DNA of 64,000 nucleotides from Octopus sinensis (Eukaryota): positions 30,318,001 to 30,382,000 of the forward strand of contig NC_043001.1 of assembly GCF_006345805.1 (NCBI RefSeq), in the 5' to 3' direction. Shown here one piece after another: positions 11,202 through 24,824 of the stretch. The notes beneath the pieces are model-generated. The model was not told the DNA's origin. It did not search any database and saw only the letters and a program-made list of their open reading frames with translations. The position numbers were made by a program, and so were the translations under genes. Position 1 is the stretch's first letter; each line of letters starts with the position of its first letter.

Positions 11202-11636
11202 CTTAAAATAATAAATAAGTAAATATAAATCCACTGCCAAAAATAACACTGATAATAAAGGCTTAAAATTTTGGCACAAGGCCAGCAACTTTGAGGAAGT
11301 GGGTTATCAAAGTAGAAAGGATGAAAGGCAGAGTTGATTTTAGCAGAATTTGAACTCAGAAAGTCAAGACAGATGAAAAGCTGCTAAGCCATTTTACCAG
11401 TGTACTAACAATTCTTCAAGCTTGCTGTCTTGATAACACTGATGATGATAATAATAATAATAATAGAATAAACACATATTTTGCAATTAATTTTTCTTTC
11501 TGTCATGAGAGTAATGAATTAGATTGTTTTGTAAATTCTTGAGTAGTACATAATCTACCTACACACACACACACATCTTTTACTTGTTGGTCATTTTGAC
11601 TGCAGCCATGCAGGTGCACCACTTTTAGTTAAACAA

Positions 11637-11872
11637 ATACATATATATATATACATACATACATATATATATACACAAATATATACATATATATACACAT
11701 GTATAGACACATATATACACTCATATGTACATATACACACACGCACATATATACACACACACGCACATATATATATATGCATATATTCACATATATACAT
11801 ATATTCACATATATGCATATATTCACATATATTCACATATATACATATATTCACATATATACATATATTCAC
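11637..11872. repeat. Compound AT/AC microsatellite
   Basis: Directly visible, with atatattcacat units. Confidence 0.95.
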
Positions 11873-11875
11873 AAT

Positions 11876-12779
11876 GTTTTCCTATCTGTTGTTATTTATC
11901 TATCTAACTATTGTATCTAATTTCTCCTCTATTAACTCTGCCCGACCAAGTCTCGCTCTATCATCTTTTTTCAACCCTCGCGTATCTGTCTATCGATCTC
12001 CGCCATCTTTGAAGCCTGTTCCCTTAATACACTTCCGCCTTGTCCAAAAATTCCTTTCCGGTCAATTTCTTTACTTAAGGCAACAACATGTGCTCTCTCT
12101 TTCATTCACCTAGCAGCTAATAATCTCGAGCACAGCTAAGTTTGAATGCTTATATTATTTTATTTTTATTTATTTATTTTCACTTCACTTCTCGACCAAT
12201 CATACATGTTTTCCTATCTGTTGTTATTTATCTATCTAACTATTGTATCTAATTTCTCCTCTATTAACTCTGCCAGACCAAGTCTCGCTCTATCATCTTT
12301 TTTCAACCCTCGCGTATCTGTCTATCGATCTCCGCCATCTTTGAAGCCTGTTCCCTTAATACACTTCCGCCTTGTCCAAAAATTCCTTTCCGGTCAATTT
12401 CTTTACTTAAGGCAACAACATGTGCTCTCTCTTTCATTCACCTAGCAGCTATCTGTTGTTATTTATCTATCTAACTATTGTATCTAATTTCTCCTCTATT
12501 AACTCTGCCAGACCAAGTCTCGCTCTATCATCTTTTTTCAACCCTCGCGTATCTGTCTATCGATCTCCGCCATCTTTGAAGCCTGTTCCCTTAATACACT
12601 TCCGCCTTGTCCAAAAATTCCTTTCCGGTCAATTTCTTTACTTAAAGCAACAACATGTGCTCTCTCTTTCATTCACCTAGCAGCTATCTGTTGTTATTTA
12701 TCTATCTAACTATTGTATCTAATTTCTCCTCTATTAACTCTGCCAGACCAAGTCTCGCTCTATCATCTTTTTTCAACCT
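11876..12779. repeat. ~3.4 copies of a 235-bp tandem repeat
   Basis: Units beginning ctatctgttgttatttatc start at 11882, 12214, 12449 and 12684 (partial) and are nearly identical. Confidence 0.95.
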
Positions 12780-13048
12780 CTGCGTATACGCGGTGCCCCC
12801 ACCCTGCCCACCCCCACCACCAATACCGGATATCTCTATATTTTTGCTCCATCTATACCGGATGTTGTTTCTCCCACCACCATTATAGGTGTCTACTCTT
12901 CGAACCCCCCTCCTCAATACGCTATTTCACCATGCATTACCCTATTGATATCCTACGTTCTACTTGCCTAAGAACCTGTCATCATTCTCTGAACCACCCC
13001 TCCCCACTGGTGCTCCCCTATATTTCTGCCCCCCCTCCCCCCACATAG

Positions 13049-13286
13049 AAAAAGCACCATCCGAACGTGGCCGATGCCAGACCCCTCTGGCACCTGTGCA
13101 GGTGGCACGTAAAAAACACCCACTACACTCGCGGAGTGGTTGGCGTTAGGAAGGGCATCCAGCTGTAGAAACACTGCCAGACTAGACTGGAGCCTGGGGC
13201 AGTCCCTAGCTCCCCAGACCCCGGTCGAAACCGTCCAACCCGTGCTAGCGCGGAAAACGGACGTTAAACGATGATGATGATGATGA
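13049..13286 (+). repeat. (GAT)n-tailed repeat
   Basis: Family core and tail. Confidence 0.85.
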
Positions 13287-15869
13287 TACATATATTCACA
13301 TATATACATATATTCACATGTATATATATACATATATTCACATGTATATATATGCATATATTCACATGTATATATATGCATATATTCACATGTATATATA
13401 TGCATATATTCACATGTATATATATGCATATATTCACATGTATATATATGCATATATTCACATGTATATATATGCATATATTCACATATATATATATACA
13501 TATATTCACATATATATATATACACATATATTCACATATATATATACACATATATTCACATATATATATACACATATATATATACATATATACACATATA
13601 TATATACATATATACACATATATATATACATATATACACATATATATATATATATACACATATATATATACATATATACACATATATTCACATATATATA
13701 TACACATATACACACATATATATATACATATATACACATATATATATACATATATACACATATATATATACATATATACACACATATATATATACATATA
13801 TACACACATATATATATACATATATACACACATATATATACATATATACACACATATATATATACATATATAACACACACATATATACATATATACACAC
13901 ATATATATACATATATACACACATATATATACATATATATACGCACACACACATATACATGTATACACACATATATATACATATATACACACATATATAT
14001 ACATATATATACGCACACACACATATACATGTATACACACATATATATACATATATACACACATATATATACATATATACACACATATATATACATATAT
14101 ACACACATATATATACATATATATACGCACACACACATATACATGTATACACACATATATATACATATATACACACACACACACATATACATGTATACAC
14201 ACACATATATATACATATACACACACATATATATACATATACACACACATATATATATATACATACACATATATATATACATACACATATATATATACAT
14301 ACACATATATACACACACATATATATACACACATATATATACACACATATATACACACACATATATATACATATATATACATATATACACACACATATAT
14401 ATACATATATACACACACATATATATACATATATACACACACATATATACACATATATACACACACATATATACATATATACACACACATATATACATAT
14501 ATACACACACATATATACATATATACACACACATATATACATATATACACACACATATATACATATATACACACATGCATATATACACACACATATATAT
14601 GCATATATACACACACATATATACATATATACACACACATATATACATATATACACACACATATATACATATATACACACACATATATACATATATACAC
14701 ATATATATATACATATACACATATATATATACATATACACATATATATCTACATATATACACACATATATATCTACATATTTACACACACACGTATATAC
14801 AAATATATACACACATATATATACATATATACACACACATATATACACACGTATATATACATATATACACACACACGTATATATACATATATACACACAC
14901 ACATATATATACATATATACACACACACATATATACATATATACACACACACATATATACATATACACACACATATATATACATACATATATATACATAT
15001 ATATATATATATACATATATACACACACATATATATACATATATACACACACATATATATACATATATACACACACATATATATACATATATACACACAC
15101 ATATATATACATATATACACACACATATATATACATATATACACACACACGTATATATACATATATACACACACACGTATATATACATATATACACACAC
15201 ACGTATATATACATATATACACACACACATATATACATATATACACACACACTATATATACATATATACACACACATATATATACATATATACACACACA
15301 TATATACATATATACACACACATATATACATATATACACATATATACATATATACACATATATACGCACATATATATATATATACACACATATATATATA
15401 TACACACACATATATATATATACACACACATATATATATATATACACACACATATATATATATATATACACATATATATATATATACACACATATATATA
15501 TATATACACACACATTATATATATATATACACACACACATATATATATATATACACACACATATATATATATATACACACACATATATATACATATATAC
15601 ACACATATATATACATATACACACATATATATACATATATACACACATATATATACATATATACACACACATATATATACATATATACACACACACATAT
15701 ATATACATATATACACACACATATATATACATATATACACACATATATATACATATATACACATATATACGCACATATATATATATACGCACATATATAT
15801 ATATATACGCACATATATACGCACATATATATATATATAACGCACATATATATATATATACACACACAC

Positions 15870-15912
<43 letters not shown>

Positions 15913-15933
15913 CAACACACATATATAATATAT

Positions 15934-15964
<31 letters not shown>

Positions 15965-16282
15965 CACACCACACATATATATATATATACACACAATATA
16001 TATATATATATAACACACATATATATATATATATACACACACATATATATATATATTACACACACATATATATATATACACACACATATATATATATACA
16101 CACACCATATATATATATATATACACACACATATATAATATATATACACACACACATATATATTATATATACACACACATATATATATATATATACACAC
16201 ACATATATATATATATATACACACACACACATATATATATATATATACATATATACACACACATATATATATATACATATAT

Positions 16283-16321
<39 letters not shown>

Positions 16322-16408
16322 TACACACACATATATATATATATATATAATACACACACATATATATATATATATATATACATATATACACACATATATA
16401 TATACATA
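13287..16408. repeat. ~3.1-kb compound (AT)n/(AC)n microsatellite
   Basis: Directly visible. It generates the spurious YIHT/CVYI ORFs. Confidence 0.98.
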
Positions 16409-16493
16409 ATAGTAGGGAATATAATTCCAAAACTTACAGGGAAAAATTCAATTTAACAATTTTTAAATCAAATTTCACAATATAATGTATGTA

Positions 16494-16738
16494 TATAATT
16501 TAAAGAAAAACCACTATTAAACAAGTCAATAAAGAAAGATGTTATTCACACCATATAGAAAACTTACACTATAAAAAAACCTTATTTTAAATCAATAAAT
16601 TACAATAAATAATAAATAATACTGTTTATTGTACTTTATTGATTTAAAATAAGGTTTTTTTATATAGTATAAGTTTTCTATATAATGTGAGTAACATCTG
16701 TATTGAATTGCTTAATAGTAGTTTTTCTCTAAATTATA
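16494..16738. repeat. Long imperfect inverted repeat with ~115-bp arms
   Basis: ...aaaccttattttaaatcaataaa... pairs with ...tttattgatttaaaataaggttt... The outer ends are tataattt / aaattata. Confidence 0.85.
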
Positions 16739-16739
16739 T

Positions 16740-16933
16740 CTGGCACCTGTGCGGGTGGCACGTAAAAAGCAGCCACTACACTCACGGAGTGGTTAGCGTT
16801 AGGAAGGGCATCCAGCCCTAGAAACACTGCCAGATCAGACTGGGCCTGGTGCAGCCTTCAGGCTTCCCAGACCCCAGTTGAACCGTCCGACCCATGCTAG
16901 CATGGAAAGCGGACGCTAAATGATGATGATGAT
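16740..16933 (+). repeat. (GAT)n-tailed repeat
   Basis: Family core and tail. Confidence 0.85.
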
Positions 16934-17806
16934 ATATATATATATAGATAGATACATACATACATACAGACAAATAAAGATATATATATACATATAGAAC
17001 TTCACTCAATCTTCCAAAGTTTCGTACAATAAACTTTATTTATGCAAATAAAGAATAACTGATGCCATCTCAGGTCTTCTTTTTTAAAGTTCTTCAATTC
17101 TTAGGCTGATGAATCAACAACATCTGCAAGAGGTAGACTAAAAAGTCTGCCACCATGAGCTGCTTTTTTGGCTAGTAATACAATTGTCTTCTGGTAATTA
17201 TAAATTCCCAAAGACAATTTATGGATATTTAAACAGTAAATCTAGTATATGAGATATTATATGTGCACCATAATACACTTTCTATTTAGAACTATGGATA
17301 GTTATGAAAAAGAAATTTTAATGTGTTAGTTTAAGATAATGAAGTCAGATTCAAACATAAAAAAGAGCAAACTTTCCTCTGATGATAACATTTTTTAAAG
17401 AATAGTTACAAAAAAATAAAAAAAAAACAGTCTATTATAATAAAGAGACCATGTTGTGAAATATAAATACATTTCAAGCAACACTTTAAAATTTTCTATT
17501 TTCTCACAGTTCACATAAGAAAACAGAAGAATTTTTTAAAAATTTATATCAAAACTGCTAAATCAACCCAGTCTCTGTTAAATTTTTTTTTTTTTTTTTA
17601 CTTAATAATTTCTTTTGACAAAGTACAAAGGTGACACTGAATCAAGTAAATGCATTACTGATAATGGTTTTACTGACGCAAAACAAAATCAACTTGGGCA
17701 GAATTTGATCTCAGAACAAAGATAAACAAAACTAAATACTTTAAAGCTTTAAATCTAGAACACCACTATTGCTACTAATCCACAATTTGAAAAATTTATT
17801 ACTTAC

Positions 17807-17846
17807 TCTTTTCGTAATACATCATCATGAATTTTTTCACAATTTC
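17807..17846 (-). CDS. LUC7L3: LUC7L3 exon 3 (GNCEKIHDDVLRK)
   Basis: Acceptor ttccag, donor GTAAGT, 40 nt. Phases fit exons 2 and 4. Completes the C3H finger. Confidence 0.93.
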
Positions 17847-18309
17847 CTGGAAAAGTAACAAGGATTCAATTAATAGTTTTCATTATTACATTTTACAAAG
17901 TTGTAGTTTGTGTGTACGTTGGGATGGCTGTGTTTAACAAGTTCTCTTTGCAATTATATGAGTTCAGGTTCAGCCCCACTACATAGCTCTTTAGGCAAGT
18001 GAATTCTACAAATCTTGGGGTAACCAATACCATAAACATGAAATTTGGCAGATGGAAGCTGTGCAGAAACTTAGTGTGTGTGTATGTATGTATCAGTGTG
18101 TGTGTGTGTGCATGTGTGTTGGTATTTGTCCAAATATCTTAGCACTGACAGCATTGAAGCTGTAGTCACATTGTTTATATTTGACACTAATAAAAAGTTC
18201 AGCAGCTTGGCTGTCCAACATGCAAAGACAGATAAAGTACTGTACTTGGAAAACAAGTCAAGAAGAGCATCAGAAAGGATACTGCTTCACAAAGCCTCAT
18301 CCAGCCCAT

Positions 18310-18625
18310 GCCAGCACAGAAGTGCATCATCACTATGCATGTACAATGAAGTGCACATATATTGAGAGAAGAATTGGGCATAGACGGCATCAGATGTAGT
18401 GTGCAAGAGAGAAGACAGTGCTAGTATGGCCATGTGATGCATAAAGGTGGGGATAGCTGCATAAAGTACCAGCCACTAAGGGTGAATGGGACCTGTACAA
18501 GAGGAAGACATGGGAAGATGTGGAATGAAGTAGTGAAGAATGACATCTGACTGTTCAGCCTCATGGAGGAGATGACAAAGGACTGAGATCAGTGACTTGC
18601 TGTGCCTGTGAAGACCTGCCCATCT
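18310..18625 (+). mobile_element. RTE LINE fragment
   Basis: Similar to 60930-61230 (gcatcagatgtagtgtgcaagagaga...catgtgatgc). Confidence 0.7.
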
Positions 18626-19239
18626 AAACAAAAATGAGGCCCTAAAACCATAATACTTATGTCTATGCCCCTGTAACCAACCTGTCCTTGATGAATCTCT
18701 CCCTCACATAGCTTCCTAACACCCAACTTTAAATTTTTATTCTGACTACAGCACTACTCAACTGTTGTAATTATGAGAGCAAAAGTGGACATATTTCATC
18801 TCTCTACCTCTAACCCTTCATGGAACCACTTTCTTTGTCTAACACATTCTCAGCACCATCTCTTACCACCTTATTATTCACTAAACACCCCTTTCACTTA
18901 ACTTTTCCTTTATACAACTCTTTATTTTGCCAGCAGTACCCCCCCCCCCGCCTAATTACCTATGATCATTACCGTCATGTACCTGACTTCATCCCCGACA
19001 CTGAATATTTCTCACTCCAACACACTTCACATCTTTGCCACCACTTATTTACCTCATTATCCCATTCTTCCTCTACCTTTCCCTTCAACACTACTCCCAC
19101 CTCCTTCCCCACACAAACATAGACACATGAAAACCCTTGCAAAATAATTTAATTTTTAATGTTTTTCACTCTCTCATATACTCTTGTAGCTTCCACCCTT
19201 CCCATTCACTTCTACTCGCCTTGTGCCACAAGGCCCATA

Positions 19240-19796
19240 CAGATGTCCACTGCACCTCAATAAACACATACCCCCACGAAACCAGGAAAACCATCATCGA
19301 TCCCACATCCAACACGATTTGCCCCAGCTGGTCACTTTCCCATGGAAATACCACCAAGTGATAAGAAAAAGAAACCTACAAGACAGTGTGCAAAATGCGT
19401 AGAGAAGAGAGACACTAAAGGAAAGAAGATTCAAAGAGAAAGCAGATACATGTGTGAAGTCTGCAAGATAACTTTGTGTGTAACTCCTTGTTTTAAAAAT
19501 TATCATTCTAAATAAACTATCATCTCATTTTTTAAAAACTTTCCCTTGATTTAAAAGCAATACATCTTATAAAAAATCAAAGATATTAAGTTATATATAC
19601 TTTTTCAATGTCCTAGTTAACTCATTTAAATCCAAATGAGTAAAAGTACATTTTAATTTCTATAATAAAAAATAAAGGAAACAAGATAAAAAAAACTTTT
19701 TGTAATTAACAGTGTATATAATTAAAAAAGGAAATAATAAAAAAATGCTCTGAAATGAAACGCCATGTCAAAATAATTGATCCATTCAGGGATTAA
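19240..19796 (+). mobile_element. 3' fragment of a piggyBac element (C-terminal Cys-rich domain)
   Basis: Translation GHFPMEIPPSDKKKKPTRQCAKC...ESRYMCEVCKITLCVTPCFKNYHSK* ends at 19515. Boundaries are approximate. Confidence 0.8.
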
Positions 19797-20094
19797 ATTT
19801 ATGAAAAGGCATTACAAAAGAGTAATGTTATTTTTATAGAATATTGAAAACTAATTCATGTTTAGAACTATTTCTAAATACCACCATCTGTTTCTGCACA
19901 TCAAAATAGAAAAATAAAACCTTCCTCACTTTGATAATATTATTAATAAGAATATGCCTCACCCATGCCAGCATAGACGGTGGATGTTAAACAAAGATGA
20001 TGATAATGTTGTAAAAGTGAAATAAAACCACAAAATATCAGATGCATTCATCACGTAACTGCTTCATTTGGTTCCTCTTAAAATAGCAATTTGT

Positions 20095-20378
20095 GCTTGA
20101 GAAGACCTGTTGAGTCAAGTGAAATCACTGTCGTGGCCAATGCCAGTGCTGGAGGCACATAAAAAACACCATCTGAGCATGGTCGATGCCAGTGGCACAT
20201 AAAAAGCACCCACTACACTCTCAGAGTGGTTGGCATTAGGAAGGGCATCCAGCTGTAAAAACCTTGCCAGATCAGATTGGAGCCTGGTGCAGCTGCCTGA
20301 CTTGCCAGTCCTTAGTCAAATCATCCAACCCATGCCAGCATGGGAAGTGGATGTTAAATGATGATGATGATAATGACG
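20095..20378 (+). repeat. (GAT)n-tailed repeat
   Basis: Family core and tail. Confidence 0.85.
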
Positions 20379-20583
20379 ATATATAAACTATGTAGAACCT
20401 CCAAATAATCAACATGATAAAATATCAGAATAGGCTGTCATCCTAACCAGGGAGAAATTGGACACAAAACACAGAGTAAAATAATGAAGTCATGCTTACA
20501 AGAAAAAAAAATTTCAATTTTCTTTACACCTATTTCTCATAAAAAAAAGAAAAAAAAGACATGGGGAACTTAGCTACTATTAA

Positions 20584-20796
20584 CCCTTTAACATTCTGAT
20601 TACTGCTAAATGTAATGCTCCTTTATTCACACTGTTTTAAATTAATCCTGCAATATTTCATAGCTTCAATATTTTAATGTGATTGTTTATTTTTAGAATG
20701 ATATTGCAGGGTATGTATGAGGTGAGATCTGGCTGATGTGAACATAAAACAAGTAGAATATTTGGGTTGCACTTGACTGGTTTAAATGCTAAAGGG
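20584..20796. mobile_element. piggyBac-type MITE, same family as 38998-39217
   Basis: ttaaccctttaacatt...aatgctaaaggg. The internal sequence is the reverse complement of the 38998 copy. Confidence 0.75.
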
Positions 20797-21203
20797 TTGG
20801 ACATTTCACTGGACAAAGATATTACTGATTACAACCTTAAATCATAGATTGCATTGTGGAGTGTTCTTCAGAAAACAAGTGTCTATCATACTTTATCATA
20901 CAATTGTTGGGAACTATAAAAAATATCTGGCAAATCTTTTGACAGGGACATTTAAAGGAATAAATTTGTAATCAATTCAATATGAATGAAATGAGAAAAA
21001 TTAAAATATAATTATATTCTCTTAGTCTTTCCCTGAAAAGTTCATAATAGAGGAAATTAGATTTTGGGGTAAGTTATAATGATGAATTCATTAAAATATT
21101 TTCAGTCAAAAGTGCAAGAATTTATAACTGATGTAAATAGACTTATTATATAACTGGCTATGAACATAGACAATAAAGTTATTATATAAAGCAAAATACT
21201 CAC

Positions 21204-21270
21204 CAAGATCTGCTCTTGTATTAACAAACAACTCATGAGGACAAAACCCACACAAAAAGTATTTGCAAAC
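21204..21270 (-). CDS. LUC7L3: LUC7L3 exon 2 (VCKYFLCGFCPHELFVNTRADL), first zinc finger
   Basis: Acceptor taacag, donor G|GTGAGT, 67 nt. Cys residues of the LUC7 zinc finger 1. Confidence 0.95.
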
Positions 21271-22409
21271 CTGTTACAAAACATCAAAAATATGACAAAA
21301 CAAATAAAATCTTTTCTATTCTGAATGTTCATGGGGCAACTAACATTTGTTACAAAATAATATTGTTTGATATTGTATAAAAATAAAAAGCCTAAAGCTT
21401 TATGACTGAAAATAATATAGCAACCAGTTGACAATGACACCAGTAACAACTGTCTTCACATGTTTTGTAGTGAGCTTGTTTCCTGTACACAAGTGCACTA
21501 CAAAACCGATAAAATCCTATTTTAATAGAAAAGTTAATTCCATCTTGATAAAATTTGAAAACAATAACATATTTAATTACATATTTAATGCTGTTTTTGA
21601 AACTCTTAATTTCAATGTCATCAACAACTATACTGCACACAACCAAGTGAGTAGCTGAAGGGTTTGACATTTTCACAATACCTTCGAGGTAAGTATTCAG
21701 CCATTATCAGAAGCAGTATACTGTCAGTCATTTGTGATGGTGCATTGAAGCACTTGTTCCACTGGTAAAAATACTGCTCTCGTATGTCACTTAATCCACA
21801 TCGATCAGATACTGAAGTTAGTTCTTTTTAAAACACCAGCAGCAGAAAACTACAAATCCTGTTTTTACAATACACACACACATCTTCAATGTCAATCACT
21901 TATTGCATATAATACTCTTTTGTGTGTGTTGGCTACAAGGAAATCATTGTTAGATTTAATTGTTGTTTAGATCCATATCAATCCTTTTGGAATAGACCAC
22001 TAGTAAAACAACTAAGTGTGATCCACAGATTTATTGCATCAGATATACCATAACTAGCTGAGCGACTGCAAATTAAAATGAAGTGGCTTGTTACCAAACA
22101 AATTCAGTGATCTTGCTAAATTCAATGATGTAGAAAAAAAGTTAAAACTGGATTTTCAATAGCAAGGCTGATCACCCATTGATACATATATTTGATTATA
22201 GGTCAAACAAAATAAAACTCTCAAACACATTCCTAATGAGACTTTCCAATCTGGTACTTTTAATGGGAACTACAAATCTAAAATGAACAAAATGGTATCA
22301 TAACTGCCAAGCACCCTGTTCAGGCTAGAAAATACTTAAATTTCAAACACCTGCTGGCCTAATACACAATCTTATTTAAGTGCATTGCTCCTATGTTTTA
22401 ACTGATTTT

Positions 22410-23270
22410 CCAAGACTAGTTTATATTTAATAAAAAATAACTTATTTCCCCAAGTTTTAACATAATCTCCTTCAAAACAGCCACCTTGCGCAGCAATACA
22501 CCAGTCCCAGCATTCCTGCCACTTTTGGAATCCAGCCTGAAAATCGTTTTTCATAAGGAAGTCAAGGACCTTCTGCGATCCATTCTGGATCTTGACAGCG
22601 GTATTAAAACAGCAATCCCTGAGATGCATTTTCATCTTAAGAGAAAAGATGGAAGTCTGCAGGTGCAAAATCTGGCAAATAGGATTTGTATGGAAGTGAT
22701 ACTATGTTGTTTTTGGAGGAAAATTCATGAGTAGGGGAGCTCAGTGAAAGGATGTATTGTCATCCTGAAGAATCCAATATTTTGAGTTCAACAGATCCAG
22801 TCGCTTTTGCTAAATGTCTTCCCACAAACGTTTCAAAACATTGCAGGTCTGGCCCTAGAGGATAAATCTTCAAAGCACAACACCACTTTTCTGGGGGATG
22901 ACGCTCATAAAAGGTCATCCAGATTGCTCATCATCTTCCAGGGACATTCTTCCACTTTTGAAGCGCCTGTGCCACTCAAAATATTGTGTACAAGTCATTG
23001 CCTCATCGCTGTAAACTTGCCAAAGTATGCTCAATGTCTCTGTAACAGACTTGCCAAGTTTAACACAAAATTTCATGTGGGTTCTTTCTTCCTGTCCGTG
23101 ACCAAATCGCAGGCAACAGCATATACGTGATCACAAAAACACAAATTTCACAACTTGTGAAATAAACACAGCAATGTTACTCAACATACTGCCTCATGAA
23201 GGTCATTATGCATGCAATCGTGTGCTGCCATCTGTTGGTGCGCTACAGAACTAGTCAGGGAACTTGTTTC
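22410..23270 (-). mobile_element. Decayed mariner remnant
   Basis: Minus-strand translation FQAGFQKWQECWDWCIAAQGGCFEGD resembles a mariner C-terminus. Upstream ILQDDN and YFHTNPICQILHL resemble degraded catalytic motifs. Boundaries are approximate. Confidence 0.7.
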
Positions 23271-24204
23271 ACTCACTGGACAGCAGCTATGCTGAGGCAC
23301 CATCTTGGAGGGTTGATGATAAAACCTTTACTTTACTAGACGACTCTTTCTGCCCAAACCCTAAATTAGGGGGATGTAAACAAACTAACACTAGTTGCTA
23401 AACAGTGAAAGAGAAACACAAATGCATACATATACATAACAGGCTTCTGCACAGATTTTCTTCTACCAAATCTACTCACAAAATACTGGTTAACCTGGGG
23501 TTATAATGAAATACCCAAGGTGCTGAGATTAATCCCGAAACCAACATAATTGCAAAGCAAACATCTTAATCTCTCGTCCATGTAGATTTAACATCAGTTT
23601 AAGTGTCCGTTTTCTATGCTTACATAGATCAGACAGAATTTGTTGAAATAGATTTTTTTTTTTACAAATGTATTCCTATCACCAACCCTCATCTGTTTCT
23701 AAGCAAGGTAATATTTTTCAAGACCGGGCAGGTTTTCTTGGAGGATTGGAGGCATTCAGACGAGGTCTACGATTTGAGGATAATTAACTCTCCCTCCCAC
23801 CATTTTTGGATGCCCTGCAAAATGGACATGAGCATTGCCTCAATACTAAGAAGTAAATGTAAAACATCCACTGGGTTTTTAAAGATTTAAAGTCTTAGAT
23901 TTTACTTCAGTAGATTTAGATGAAAAATTTTTAGTTAAAGCTATGAAAAACTAAATTATTTTGGATAAGAAAAATGTTTCAAACTTTCTGGAGTATTTGC
24001 TTCTCTTGTAAACTGATCGTTCATAAACTTCGGTTAAGCACATTTGTGAGCTCTTAATTTCATTATATGGTTTAACCAATTATATTTCTATTATATTAGT
24101 CCACATATCCATACAGAGAATACGGATTTTAAATGTAACAGAAATATCACTTTTGTCATTATGTATTTAAAAATCCGCTAAATATTTTCAAATTCTAGAA
24201 TATT

Positions 24205-24824
24205 CTTTTCTACTCTAGGTACAAGGCCTGGGGGAAGGGGGCCAGTCGATTAGATCGACCTCAGTACACAACTGGTACTTAATTTATCGACCCCGAAAGG
24301 ATAAAAGGCAAAGTCGACCTCGGCGAAATTTGAACTCAGAACGTAAAGACAGACGTAGTATTTCTTTACTACCCACAAGGAGCTAAACACAGAGGGGGCA
24401 AACAAGGACAGACAAACGGATTAAGTCGATTACATCGACCTCAGTGCGTAACTGGTACTTAATTTATCGACCCCGAAAGGATGAAAGGCAAAGTCGAATC
24501 GGCGGAATTTGAACTCAGAACGTAACGGCAGACGAAATACGGCTACGTATTTCATCCGGCGTGCTAACGATTCTGCCAGCTCGCCGCCCTTAGACAGACG
24601 AAATACCTATTTCTTTACTACCCACAAGTGGCTAAACACAGAGAGAACAAACGGGTTAAGTCTATTATATCGACCCCAGTACGTAACTGGTACTTATTTA
24701 ATTGACACCGAAAGGATGAAAGGCAAAGTCGACCTCGGCGGAATTTGAACTCAGAACGTAGCTACGGGCGAAATACGGCTACCCATTTCGCCCGGCGTGC
24801 TAACGTTTCTGCCAGCTCGCCGCC
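24205..24824 (-). mobile_element. Three tandem or nested copies of the same tRNA-derived SINE
   Basis: aaaggcaaagtcga...atttgaactcagaacgta occurs at about 24305, 24485 and 24720. SINE heads end at 24588 and 24824. Confidence 0.85.

Noticed and set aside
11874-12888. Repeated ORFs ([17 protein letters not shown]...)
   Set aside because: By-products of the 235-bp tandem repeat, with no recognisable domain or splice support.
13264-16430. Long ORFs up to 840 aa (YIHT/CVYI-rich)
   Set aside because: These are translations of an AT/AC microsatellite that lacks stop codons in several frames. They are not genes.
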